From Fimbriosthenelais zetlandica (Eukaryota): a stretch of 64,000 nt of DNA. Within the stretch, counting starts at the first letter, position 1; the number at the start of each line of letters is the position of its first letter. Shown piece after piece: positions 27,493-40,039 of this stretch. The notes under the pieces were generated by a model, which made no database searches, had not been told where the DNA came from, and saw only the letters and a program-made list of their open reading frames with translations. The stretch spans positions 11,532,001 to 11,596,000 of the forward strand of contig OZ365110.1 in the NCBI GenBank assembly GCA_977030845.1. Direction: 5' to 3'. The position numbers were made by a program, and so were the translations under genes.

Positions 27493-28901
27493 TAGTGTGG
27501 GCTGTGACTAATCAGTCTGCCGTTCTGATTTCCCAGCTTCAAAGCATAGCATTACATTCATTACCTTATTCCAATTCATCACCTTCCTTTCCGCATTGAT
27601 GTGACATTTTAGTCAAAGACTGATTTGGCCATAAATTAGTTCTCTCCCTCCCTTCACCACACATCTGAATTCAGTCAGTTAATTTCACCCACTTACTATG
27701 TCTGCTAGCTAGAGAGTCTCTTTCCACTCTTCCTCGGGAGTACAAACACATTGCTGTGATCTTCCGAGTTGTTTGTCACTATAGTTTATGTAGGTGGGGG
27801 AAAGAATTATTCTAGAAGTGTAAACAATATAATTAGTGGCGCTCTCGCTCTTGACGCCTCCTCGCTCGCTTTCTTTCCTTCTTTCTTGGCGTCATTTTAA
27901 TTGGTGGCAGGATGTCTAATAAAATCCCGTTATGGATCCGCTCATCAGATTCATTCCAAAAAAAGTCGTTTCTTTTTCATGACGAGGTGTTGGGATTATT
28001 TTGGGACATTGCCGCTGTGCTGGTACGAAACAAACACGCGGTTTTATTATCAACAAGCATTGTTATAGTGGCGTGATAGAGCCTAGACACACTAATAAAT
28101 TAATGTGATATTTCTGTCAGGTGATCATTAGTTGATATTTCCAGGTAAGGTTTAATTAATGCCATTAAATAGCTAAATCATAAATATTTGCGACCATTGG
28201 ATACGGCATATACAGTTGTTATCTGGGATGGGAACGTTTTTACAAGATAGCCTACAAATGAATGAAATTATAATCACAAAATGAATATAGTCACAAAAAT
28301 GAGATATGATAAATAGCGGTGATTCTGTTTGCGAATGACCCTGTGTTAAAAATAGGGTCTTTGAAAAACATTCACTAGCAATTGATTTAATTTTAATATT
28401 TAACTTACTAATATGTTACTATTTTTTGTCGTTTACTATGTCGTTGTACAACAATGTTTCAGCCTATTATACTATGGTTGTACATTGGCCTGATGGTATA
28501 TCTTGATTATGAATCAAGCCTCAGGTGAAATAACAAAAAACAATGAAAATCTTGCGGGCATGCAGGCTTCAGACAGAATTAAATTCCAATCCCTGGGTTC
28601 TAAACCAGTTGTCTCTTTGGTCATGATTGAAATCTTTGCTTGAGAGAAGGAATTGATTGAAACAAAACGGGAGTACAATATTCCATCATGGAGCAAGACT
28701 CAACAGACTGGAGATTCATGACAATGTGACAAATCAATAAGTCAGAAGGGAACATTGTATTAACTAGGACAGAAGCCAAAATAGTGACCACTACCCTAAA
28801 CAGACTTGACAATCAGCTTTCAAGAAAACCTCAACTTGTAAAAGATCAACCTCTGGGGCCATTTTTAAAATATTATGTTGATGTAGCCAATTCTCATAAT
28901 A

Positions 28902-29086
28902 CAGGTGGTGCTAAAATTATTCAACCCTCATAACAATTTAAGCTTATCAGATATTTAATGTTGAATACTGTAGTTGTTTATGCAAACAAAAAGCAAATTT
29001 AAATAGACACTTTGGGCTACCAAAACAAAACAAAAATTTGACACTTTGTAGATATGATGTAGGTTAACTAATTTAGGTGCCAATTG
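28902..29086. mobile_element. Degenerate Tc1-like MITE
   Basis: Left end TA|CAGGTGGTGCTAAAATTATTCAACCC. The right end GGTTAACTAATTTAGGTGCCAATTG is an imperfect inverse. A related lone TIR lies near 6065-6090. Confidence 0.4.
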
Positions 29087-29504
29087 TTTTCGTCGGGTGT
29101 GAAAAAAATCTAAAGGTCTCACTTTAGCAGGAAAAATGACAAAATTGTATATTATAATAAAATAGCCAGGGTCTAAGAAACTGGAAAGCCCTGTACCGTA
29201 AAGACAATGCTGGAAGTGTTGATAATAAGCAAGCTAGTAGTATAAGGCTAAGGTGGTTATCGTCGGATTCCTGTCCTAATTCAATCATGGCGCAAACACC
29301 AAGTTTTTACCTGATGCAATAATAGGCATGCATATCCATGGTTTCTCCTGGTTCCATAATTTCAGCCATATTATAGGCGACAATGTAGAGTACTATACAG
29401 TAAAACAAAGGGATGGGATTTAGCTCAGTCGGTTAGAGTTACAACTCATGTACAGTGTATACTGATTGAAGGCATGGTGGATTGTTATGATGGTATAGTT
29501 TTAC

Positions 29505-29625
29505 TTCACTTTATCAGTTATGACGGCGTCTACTTGTGACAGCAGGGTATAATTTGGTTTGAAAAACTTCGCATGATACCTCAACTAGTCACATTATCTG
29601 TCCTTTTATTGCTGACTGCTAAGCA
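29505..29625 (-). mobile_element. Core SINE fragment
   Basis: ttatgacggcgtctacttgtgacag...catgatacctcaactagtcacattatc matches the other copies. Confidence 0.65.
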
Positions 29626-31695
29626 AGGTCTAAATTGTCAATTGTCAATTTGCCAATCTTTGTACAATATGGTATTATGAGATAATTGCTTCCCCACCCC
29701 CTAAAATTGTTCATTTCACCTGTCATAGCCACGCAACCATTAATAATGTAATCAATGTAAAACTGTTGAGGTATTATAGTATTATGTATTTATCCATGAA
29801 GATGTCACATATTAAATTCACTTAAATCATTCAAAAATCCAAATCTTTCCCCTAAACACTGGCGTTGACTAGATTAATGTATATAATAGCTATAAGAATG
29901 ATTCTGTAAAGGCCATAGGGTTCACATGATATTATTAAAGAGTTGTAAGCTCCTTTGGGGAACAGGGTGTTGGGGAAGACCAATATTAATAATATTGACC
30001 AACTGTACCTGTCTAAAGATTTAATAAAAAAAAAAAATATATATATATAGGCCATTTGCACAACGTTGCTAGTCAAGTATAGGCTACGTATCCGCTCACA
30101 ACTTTACGGTACCTAAGTGCCGCTTTCTAAAAACAAATAAGCTACGATGCAAAGGTCACGTGCACGTATCATATACCTAGGTGGACTGTGCAAACTCGAG
30201 TTTCAGTTTAATTCAGTTTTATGGACTGAGTTTTAGCGTTCGACCTAGACAGCGACCCGGGAACAATTATAAACGATACATGAACGAGTTACAATACATT
30301 CCATCTATGAACTCTGGTAAAGCGACAGCCAACTATTAAAATGTGGAGTAATAATTATGTCAGCCTGCACTCATATCATGGCTCCAAAAATTGTAACTGA
30401 ATGAAAAGGGAGAAAGTTCAGATAAATTATATTGAGCAAAACTGCAAAATAAAATAAAATGACTGCTCTTGAATTAGATGCACACTGCTCAAATAAGTGT
30501 CCCGTCTCAAGTTCAGTGACCTTCCAAGCATATCATATTAATATAAAGTTTAGGCAACAATGATGATTACGCTCCCGGCTTTTATGAATTTAATATAGAG
30601 GATGAAAAAAGATCTCCGGAAGTTTCAATATCTCTGAGCTTTCGCCACTTTTAATCTCCTTATTTGTGTGAGAATTGAATAAAGTCAGAGGACTGTAATA
30701 ATAACGAGTCTCATGATATAGGAAGCGTGGGCTAGGTCTACACATTATCTATAATCCAAAAATACACTGAACAAAAAGGCAATCGAACAAAGAAAGATTT
30801 AATTTTCTGAACGGCAGTATTAAATTTAATACCAGTACATCATATCACAGCCGGTTGCAGGCTATACATACAGGAATTAACATTTAAGTGACAAAACTAA
30901 AATGATAAGACAACACTAAAAACTAGAATTATATTATAGAAGTGTGCTTAGTGTGTTCCAGGCTCTATGGGTATTGCTTTCCATTAACCTTGATTTTCTA
31001 AATCTTGGATCAGCTCCTTACAACTTTTCACCGAGCTTACACCTCTGATCCCATTACGACTACATCATCCAAGGCACACGCTCTGTGAAATTAGAGGAAA
31101 ATTACCTTCAAAAAACCAACCACGCCCATGTCATCCGCTCCTTGAGTTCAAAAACTAAAGCCTGCCAGGAAGTCTATAATAGACTGGTATAAAGCTGAAT
31201 ATAGTATGCAGGTTGAGCTGTCTCTGGTAGGGCTTTAGCCGTGATAGAAAATATTTATAAGGCTTGACTCCCAGGGGCTTATCTTTTGCCATCAAACTTC
31301 GTCCAGTATTCAGTGCCACTTGAGATCCTGCACACAACAGTTGCTGGCAAATTTCATCATATTGTCATATTGCATCCACATGATTTGATTCTCCCTGGGT
31401 ACTGGAGGAGCACGCTAATAATCAAAATGAGTTCTGGATGCCCACAGGAGGAAAGGCAAGGAAGCTAGGCTTTTTTAAAGCACTGTAGATCTATGCAAGG
31501 TATATTTTCAGCGCAGGTGTCTTATGCTTCAATTTTGGCTCGAGTAAGAGGAGACATTTATTCTATTTAAAAAAAAACCGCCCATAGTAAGTTTTCTCGG
31601 TCTATAGGTGTTGGCTTTGAATATATAATATGTATAGTGTATTGACTTCCCAGAAGCAGTTCAGCAGTTCAGTAAGATAATGCTTCGTGTTTTCA

Positions 31696-31965
31696 TGATT
31701 GTATGGTTGTTTAACGTCACATTCAACAATTTGTTAGTTATATTATGACAGTGCCTTCTTGTGACAGTAAGCTCTATTCCCCTTAACAGTGCTGCCTCAC
31801 TGAGGAATCACGTTGCAGGGATTATATAATGATACCTCACCTAGTCACATTATGCTGACACCTTGGGCCCGAGCATTTCCCATAGACTTAGCATTTCTAA
31901 TGGTTGTTCTGAAAGTGGCCCCAGGCCGACCAGCCCTAGTGTTGTCCTCTTTTAAAACGCTGGCA
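31696..31965 (-). mobile_element. Core SINE, head missing, core interrupted by an insert of about 59 bp
   Basis: Tail gtttaacgtcacattcaacaat and core gcctcactgagg...cctagtcacattatgctgacacc, then the insert, then caggccgaccagccctag. Confidence 0.8.
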
Positions 31966-34209
31966 GTATCGTAAAAGGAGATGCATAATGTTAGTATGAA
32001 AAGTAAGATCAATTGAAGACGTTGTGAATGTAGGCACAAACACCTCTCTTTGATGGAAAATCTCATCATATTTTCAAATTGCATCCGGATGATTCGATTG
32101 CTTGTCAACCTGGTCATTGGACACAAAAGAGCAGAAACATTTTATTACGATGTTTTGGTCAACGACATCACTTAAGTAATATTTAAAATAAAAGTGACAG
32201 ACCATACAATCAATATCACCTTAGAATTGTAATAATAACTGGATTATAAAAAGATATCATAATATGAAATCGATGTCAAGATATCTCATATCGTCCCACA
32301 TTTGTTCAGTAATTATAGTTTTTCTACTTCGCAACAGCGCAGTTCATATTGCAATAAGGATGCTCTTATGGATAGGCAGCAATCATCTTTTACATGCCTC
32401 TCACAATGGAGTGGGAGACATCTGGCCTTTGACAACCCAGTTAGCAATAATTGAGAGAAGGAAAATGGCAGATTAGAAGAACTTTGTATACTTATTTCCG
32501 TGGTATGCATTTCAGACACACCATGGATTGGGTTCTTAAATGAATTTTAGTTTGCAAAACGTGTCAAATCACGATAGGCAGGGATAGGAGTAATCTTTCC
32601 TATCCCATAATTTATTTGAGTAAGGGACATGCATTGCATCTCGTACAAAAAAGCTTAAATTTCAAAACAACCTTCAAAATGAAATGAGGGTTTTAACACG
32701 ATTATGCTTAGAAATTAAATTACATTAAACATGAAAATCAACCTTAAAACGGACTGTTTACACATTTTGCATAAAAAAGCCGAACAATTCCCTGTTAGCG
32801 TATCCAGTTCAAAAGAAACGGGACTTTTGGGAGCATTTGATCGATTGAGAGTTAAGATTTCAAACATGGATCCATTAAAGAAGTGAATGTAACCTCCTCT
32901 TTGAAAGTTCTTATTTCACAAGATTGGAGCAATAAAATTCATGGTGCGTTCAAAATCCACTCATTGTGCAGAGAACGACTTATCCACCAACTCCTAACAA
33001 ATGAGATCTGAATTTCTATCTGTCTATGGGCTCGTTTCATAACATAAATATGGGGTAATACGTCGTCTGGGTTAATTTCCTTGTGGGTCATTCTATACCA
33101 GTTCAACAAATGATCCACAAACTTAGTCTCAGATTTTGTTTATATTTATACCAAGTGTCCCTAAACATGTTAGTAGAACAAAATGCATAATTTTATCTTT
33201 TCGAGACATTTCAATTTAAGCGCACAATATTTAGCGAACAAGGCTGTGGGCAAACTTGGCACAATAGTTTTTAAGATATGCACTTAAAACCTGTGAGTTT
33301 CAAGAAAACCTGAGACCAAGTGAGTGGGATGTGCTCAAAATGTGTTAAATGACCCGGAATGACCCTTCTGAAACAGGTAATGATGTATAGGAGCGATGGA
33401 TGAATATTTAGTTAAAATTCAGTCTGACAACGATACAATTAGCTTTATCTCTCTTTCAGAAAACCAGTAGGGAAGAAAAATGCTGTCGGTACACATAGTA
33501 CACTCTCACCACTGGGCAACAATCCTTTACGCGACTCTCAACACAGACCGTGGGAGACATCGCTGGCCTTATTTGATATCCCAGTTAGCAGACGGAGTTT
33601 TGCTGCACAGATTGGTTGTGAGCGTCCCTCAAGATTTGTGGGGTTTCTCAATAACTAGTTTCATTTCACGCCTGCTTGTTTCAGAAGCTCAGCACTGATA
33701 TTCGTCTAAGCTGAAGCCTGTTATCACGTTACATTGGTTACAATCAGTGTCTGTTTTAGTCTGAGCCCGAGTGGGATAATTGTGTTAAAACAATAAGAAG
33801 CCAGCCAGGCATGATAATGATTTCATGTTGTATCAAATATCAAAATGTTCACAAGTATTCCTCCCTGTCATTTCAATGGTAGAATGCGCTGAAAAATAAA
33901 TCAATATTAAAGCACTAGGATTGTTAGGTATGGAATCATATTGTGTGCCCAACCTTAGATCCAGACGAATTGGGGAATCCCAATCCCCTCCACCTATAAT
34001 ATTGCAGTCTAACTGCAGGGACCTTTTTACATAACAAAGATGGGCTACATTAGCCAACAGCTGCAAGAATATAATCTTCTGGCAAAATGTGCGCGACTTT
34101 AACCACCGGGAACTACCTTGGTTTTAGAACTTCTGGAGCACTGCACTGGAGTGATTTTCATTAACATGACTTTCTTTCGTTTTGGTTTAACTGAAAAAGA
34201 TATCGCTAG

Positions 34210-34455
34210 CCCCTTTGACACAAACCTTGCCAGACCCATTGATACCAATCTTGCCAGACCTTTTGTTACACATATCACCAGACCATTCGCACAAACATCG
34301 CCAGAGCCCTTGACATCAACCTTGCCAGACTGTTTAACTTGACATCGCCAAACCCCTTGAAACAAACATCACCAGACCATTGACACAAACATCACCAGAA
34401 CCATTGATGCCAACCTTGGCAGACTTCTTGACACAAACCTTGACACAAAGACCTG
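34210..34455. repeat. Degenerate minisatellite, about 10 units of 23-24 bp
   Basis: The anchor (c/g)ca(g/a)a recurs at 34230, 34254, 34278, 34301, 34325, 34348, 34372, 34395 and 34419. Consensus is about ccattgacacaaac(c/a)t(t/c)gccaga. Confidence 0.85.
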
Positions 34456-34976
34456 GCAAGTTTCCTTGTACAACAGGGGGATTATGGTAGTGCAAAGACT
34501 TCAGTAACTGTCCAAGCAAATTCAGTTAATGTTTGGTTAATTAGGAGCCTTCATTCTATTCCGACAGGAGTCAAGTTCTGATATGTCATGGAGATTAAAA
34601 CATTAAAGGTTTTTGTCTATAATACACCAGGAGAGGCCCAGCTGACTGCATGGATTAATCATGGCCATTTCCACATGACGTCTGTGACAGACTAATGAAG
34701 CACACCCTTGTTTTCAATCTTACTTCATCAAAGCCAGTGATTAAAATTTCATTAATTTATGCCCACCACTAATCATTTGTCTTCACGGTCCAGGGGTGCA
34801 GCGAATACTAAAACAAACCTCATTTTACTCATCAGTAAGTAGAAGAACTGATCAACTTTGGGTTACCAAGGCTACTTCATTGTTCTAATTCTCCACTTGG
34901 TGTGCATAATTAAGGGCCCTTCACACAGAATTTGTGCAAGCTGACACGTGTGATCTACAATCCTGATTCTCCCTTA

Positions 34977-35198
34977 AGCCTGGTCTCCACTGCTGCGATT
35001 GCTTGCGATTGCTAGCGATTGCTAGCGACAACCCTCTACGACAAAGGTGATGTTTGTGTTTCAATCACAAATTTGCCATTGGAGCACGGCCTTAAGGTCT
35101 TGGTCACTTGGACCAAAATTTAAAATTTTATTCCTACACAAGCATTACCTTTGTCGCAGTAGTGTCACAAGCAATATCGCAGCAGTGGAAACCTGGCT
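34977..35198. mobile_element. Harbinger-like MITE, family A
   Basis: AGCCTGGTCTCCAC...GTGGAAACCTGGCT, with a small internal 10-bp tandem expansion (gcgattgct[t/a]). Confidence 0.8.
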
Positions 35199-35319
35199 TT
35201 GCAAGGGAAAAATACAGACTCTGGGCTTCCGTGGGCTTTCGCTGGCTTCCCAGCCCTCAGGGAGTAACAGTTGTCAGAATAAGGTTTTCATGGAGCTCCC
35301 CGAGAGCTTATGATAGTCC

Positions 35320-35700
35320 TTGCGAGTGCATTCGTAGCTTTACGGTGGTTTGCAAGTGCGTGAAATCTTGAAGCAGAAACCTCAACCCCCTGCAAGCTGC
35401 CGCATGCCGTCGTAATCCTACGTTAACCTATGCAAACCATGTCGCAAACGAATGTAAACCTACGTTTTTAATTTCTGGTTCATTTTCGAGCACCGCAGCC
35501 CACAAAGGCGTACGAGAGAGGGTTTTGCAGTCGTAAAACCATCTAGGTGCACAATTTTCGTATAGTGTCAACTAGGCTTAACTCGAAGAATGTCGTAAGC
35601 ACTCAGGAGACCTTATGAGGCCTTACGAGACCTTACTCGAAAACTCCATTAATAGTAGGCAAGATTTTGTTCCTTGCGAGTGTTGCGATTTGTCTGTACC
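35320..35700. mobile_element. Degenerate DNA-transposon remnant, possibly Harbinger-like
   Basis: CpG-rich tract with recurring cgtaag/cttacga motifs and a terminus-like tagtgtcaactaggct|taa at about 35563-35581. Boundaries uncertain. Confidence 0.3.
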
Positions 35701-36240
35701 ACAACTGCCGCGGTTTTCTCTGGGATTGCTACTTGCAGCTAAATTTTGCTCAAGAATCTGCAATTGCTGTAGGACAAAGCGTCAGTTGAGGTTGAAAAAT
35801 TCAACACAAAAATGCAATGTCCCTTTCATAAATCATTTTTGCAGAAATCTCCATGTACAGTAAAGGTAGGCTCCTATTAGTCGAACATGTATATAAGCAT
35901 CTCGGGTGATAAGAAGTCTACGCGATCCATTACAGTACAGCATTTAGGAACCACCTACAGGGAATCTCCCCACATCAAATCAAAGCTGGGGTCTAATGCA
36001 TTTCCCATGTACTAATATCGAGACCTGAGAAAATTCACCTCACCTCTCAATGAAGACTTCTACCTGAAATATGGGAGAGGACTGAGATAGGTGAGTCGGG
36101 GGTCACATTATGGGGAAGGAACTAACAAACAGGTGAGACACTCTTATTTCATATATATGTAGCTTCGTTATGTTCTCTACCTGTAATATGGCTGCACTAC
36201 TGCAGACGTGCCAGGTTGGGGCAGGTTATCGAATCATAAT

Positions 36241-36536
36241 TGTGACGAGTTTTCATGAAATGAATCTAAAGTCGCAAACATGGATTTTTCAATGATATAT
36301 AGTACAAGGAGATGTGAACAAAACTGATATTTTTAATAAAATTTCAAAGAATAAAAGTACTGACTGTAGAAACTAGAGAAAATATCCATTTCGGACAATT
36401 CTCTGTCCAACTGGAAGAAATATTATTGCGAAAGTGCTGAGAGAAATAAGTGGTTTGTTTACAACGCTTTCAGGCCTCTAGCTCCGAATGGCCCTGTGCG
36501 ACTGACTCTAGACTCGTTTCATGAAAACACGTCACA
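36241..36536. mobile_element. Unclassified MITE with TGTGACG termini
   Basis: Left end TGTGACGAGTTTTCATGAAATGAATCTAAAGTC. The reverse complement of the right end is TGTGACGTGTTTTCATGAAACGAGTCTAGAGTC (33 bp, 4 mismatches). A/T flanks. Confidence 0.75.
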
Positions 36537-36746
36537 TATTTACCGAGGTATAACATGTATGAATGTATATATTTTATAGAAGAATACACCCCAGAGATTA
36601 TCTAATTTTAAGTCTATCTGAGCTACTCAGGGCTATATTCTTTCAGCGTGCTTTATAAGGCCCTTGATACACTGAGCGCTGCAACAGCCCCGATCTTCAC
36701 CTAGCGCTAGGCCTGTTGGGGTTAGAGTTGATCGAGTCGGCCGGAA

Positions 36747-37012
36747 AACCAGGATTCCACTGCTCCGATTTTGCTTGCAACACTACTGCGACAAAGGTGA
36801 TGCTTGTGTTGTAATGATAGATTTTGCTTGCAACACTACTGCGACAAAGGTGATGCTTGTGTTGTAATGATATAAATTATAATATGTACCTGTGGCAGGT
36901 CGTTTAAAAGCCTTGGACACTTCAACGAAAATTTATCCATTTGATTGTTCGACAAGCATCACCTTTGAAGCAGTAGTATCACAAGCAAAATCACAGCAGT
37001 GTAGTCCCGGCT
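36747..37012. mobile_element. Harbinger-like MITE, family A, with internal 53-bp tandem duplication
   Basis: AACCAGGATTCCAC...GTGTAGTCCCGGCT. The segment gattttgcttgcaacactactgcgacaaaggtgatgcttgtgttgtaatgata occurs at 36767 and again at 36820. Confidence 0.85.
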
Positions 37013-37309
37013 TTATAGAGAAGACACGACGCTGGCGGATTCTAACCTGCAGCTGTAGATTCATACTTTATTCAATTGTGGCTCTGTTTAAATTATTATG
37101 ATTTATGAAAGCTTTGCCTATCCTATAAACTTACTTCAAAGTACTCATCGATTCTGCTACATATAGATTAGAACACATTCTACACAGTGACTGAAATTCG
37201 GTGCAATTATAAAAAGAAAATCGACTGTAGACAGTGAAATTCATTTAAGTGCTATATAGGGGCCTGCTTCAGAATAAAAGAAGTGTTACTACCTAGTCAC
37301 AGGTTGGTA

Positions 37310-37517
37310 AGGGTGAGACTCCACGGCTGCGACAGTGCTTGCGACACTACAGCGACAAAGGTGATGCAGGTGTTGCAATGAGAACAGTTACTGTACCAGT
37401 GCAGGACCATCTTAAGGCCTTACACACTTAAATCTATTGATTTTGTTGCGACACAACCATCTCAGGACTTTGTCGCTGTAGTGTCGCAATCACTGTCGCA
37501 GCAGTGGAGTACCAACT
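37310..37517. mobile_element. Harbinger-like MITE, family A variant
   Basis: AGGGTGAGACTCCACGGCTGCGACAGTG...CACTGTCGCAGCAGTGGAGTACCAACT|TAA, containing the gcgacaaaggtgatgc family motif. Confidence 0.75.
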
Positions 37518-38521
37518 TAACTGTTAACAGACCCTGATATACAGAGAAATCTTACCTATAATATAAGAATCTTTCCTAATATATAAGAAGGAAATTGCGA
37601 GAATAGGAATATTCTTTATGGAATCTATGATTAAGTGATACAACCTATTGTGGGTTTGACACGAGACTATGGCCAAGGTTGGCGGCTGATTATCCCCCCA
37701 GAACACAGGACGCTGATTCAATTATCACTAATGAGGTGATATAGACATGAAAGGCACTAATTAGGGGAATATTAATTGTCTATGGTGAACGTAGACAAGA
37801 AATGAGGAATGCTAGAGATAGGCAAGCCAAAATACAAGACATTCAAACTTTCAAAGAGACAACTCGAAAAGCAATACGTATTTCACAGTTGACATGGAAT
37901 TGTAATGAGAATATATTATATCGCTGGCAATTCCTTAGTTTGGACAAAAACACTGATAGATGCAATGGGGGAATAGTTCTACAAATCTTTGCCTGTTAAA
38001 TTAGAAGCTAATCTCCCCTGATATGCACATCAAGTCAGGGCATATATTTGGAAATATTGATGAGGAACATTTTTGGCCCCTGAATTTATAAAATTTAGAG
38101 GTTCAGTTTCACGAGAGAGTGACTTTTCTTCACATCAAAGATAATTTGGCTTTTCCGAATGGTGACTGATAAAACACTAGTGGTACTTTTATGAGTTTTT
38201 TTAGTCGCAAAAGGCGACGAAGCAGTATATCGCAAAAATATGCCCTGAAAATTATAATTATGCCTTCGTAGGAATATCCTACATGCCAGTGCATTACAAA
38301 TTATTTTTAAAATGTTTCCATTGGAAAGTGTATTAGAGTATATTTTATTAATTATAAATTTAGATTTTAAGCAGGAAATCTAGGAAATTGATTTGATGAA
38401 GTTCTCTATTTAAGCACTTATTCCATACTTATGCGATAATCGTCTATGAGAGCCCTCACAGTCATGAGGGTCTTGTCACTCGTCAGGATGCTAATTATAA
38501 ATACCCATGGATATCTTATAG

Positions 38522-38643
38522 AATTAGACCCTTGCTTGGTTGAGCGTGAGACCCTTCTACGGCGTAAATATACTTGAGCCTGAAAGGCGAAAGTATATTT
38601 CGCCGTAGAAGGGGCGAAGGCGAAACCAAGCAAGGGTCTAATT
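38522..38643. repeat. 122-bp nested foldback (near-perfect palindrome), probable mobile-element remnant
   Basis: Outer arms aattagacccttgcttggtt / aaccaagcaagggtctaatt are perfect (20 bp). Inner arms cccttctacggcg(t)aaatatactt / aagtatatttcgccgtagaaggg surround a central gcctgaaaggc mini-hairpin. Confidence 0.85.
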
Positions 38644-39035
38644 GCTTAGTCCCCGGCACACATTTAACCCCTTCACCTGTCATCGATACAGAACTTTTAA
38701 TGCCATAAATCATGTTTTATTCACGATTTCCTTCATGTGTCTCTTAACATTGTCTTACCTTGTTCAAAAGCCTGTATTTACGCTGTGCGCTCATTGGCTA
38801 AGTTTGCCAGTCATGACCCACTTAAACTCTTCCACACAGCATACACCTCTAATATGCACACACACAAGCACCACCCTTCCTGCTTATCTAGGTCAAACAG
38901 GGCCGATTTCATTGGTTCACGACAGGTATATACACTCTCATAATGACCACCTACTTACTGAAATATTCACCTCCCAGCGCCTCAGAGGGGACTAATAACA
39001 ATTATGCACTCATACACTTCTCGCACATAAGTTTT

Positions 39036-39248
39036 AACCGCGGCCGGGTCATACCAAAGGACAGTACTAGGACTGGTCAACCCGGTGTCAGTATAATGTG
39101 ACTGGGTAAGGTATCGTGCCATGTGCTTGCGACATGATACCTCAGTGAGGCAGCACTATATAAAAGAGCATTGGGCTCACTGTCACAAGTAGGCACCGTC
39201 ATGATATAAACTGAAAAATCGTTGAAAGCGACGTTAAACCCCATACAA
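39036..39248 (+). mobile_element. Core SINE, 5'-truncated
   Basis: ggccgggtcataccaaag...ggtgtcagtataatgtgactgggtaaggtatc...cctcagtgaggcagcac...gacgttaaaccccatacaa. Confidence 0.85.
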
Positions 39249-39702
39249 TTACATTAATTAGTTTTATCTGTATCTTGTTTACGATCCCTTGCAGACTTTC
39301 TGCAATGGACCTCACTTTAAACACTTGAAAGGCATGGTTGGACAGCAGCAAGCTGCCAGCTCTTTTTTGTAAACCCGCGTGTAGAAAGAAAGCCAAGAGG
39401 CCATATCGGAAAATGGACTAATACTCTCCAATCACAAGTCACGTCAGGGGAGGAAGGGAAGCCTAGAATCTCTGGGCAAACAATGTAATCTTCTTTATTT
39501 ACATGGTCCTACTAATCCTCGTACGTACTAATCAGTACTATGAGATGTAATGTATAGATTGTGACAGCCCTGTCCCCCAGGACAGCCCTTAGTCTTGCCT
39601 CTATGTGATCTGTCTTCATTATCCACCAGTGAGATGCCATTTTTGTGACCAGGCTATTTACAGACTAGGCTATCTAGGTAACGGGCTGTACACTCAACCT
39701 TA

Positions 39703-39909
39703 AGGCGGGAATACACTAATCCGATGCAATCCGTCATCATCCGAACCCCCATTTCTAATGACATCCAGTGATTGAAATTGTGTCAGTGGTTTGTTTTATC
39801 TAGGTGTAAGGGACTGTTAAAATTAGAAGCATCTGGTGTGAATAGAAAATTGTTTCAGACAGCTATCGGATGGAGGCGGATAAAGAATCGGATTAGTGTG
39901 TTCCACTCT
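39703..39909. mobile_element. PIF/Harbinger-like MITE, family C
   Basis: AGGCGGGAATACACTAATCCGAT...ATCGGATTAGTGTGTTCCACTCT with TTA on both sides (39700-39702, 39910-39912). The interior matches 21415-21632. Confidence 0.8.
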
Positions 39910-40039
39910 TTATATACAGTATTTAGTGGGATCTGTATATGAGAATGAAGTAGCAAATCTACAATACCAACAAGTCCTTGGTGTACATGTATATTTTGCT
40001 TGAAATACATTCTGTTGGCTCGGAGTTCAAAGCCAAGAA

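Noticed and set aside
34210-34455. CRISPR array or repeat-protein exon
   Set aside because: Units abut with no unique spacers, there are no cas genes and the context is eukaryotic. The 23-bp units break the reading frame.
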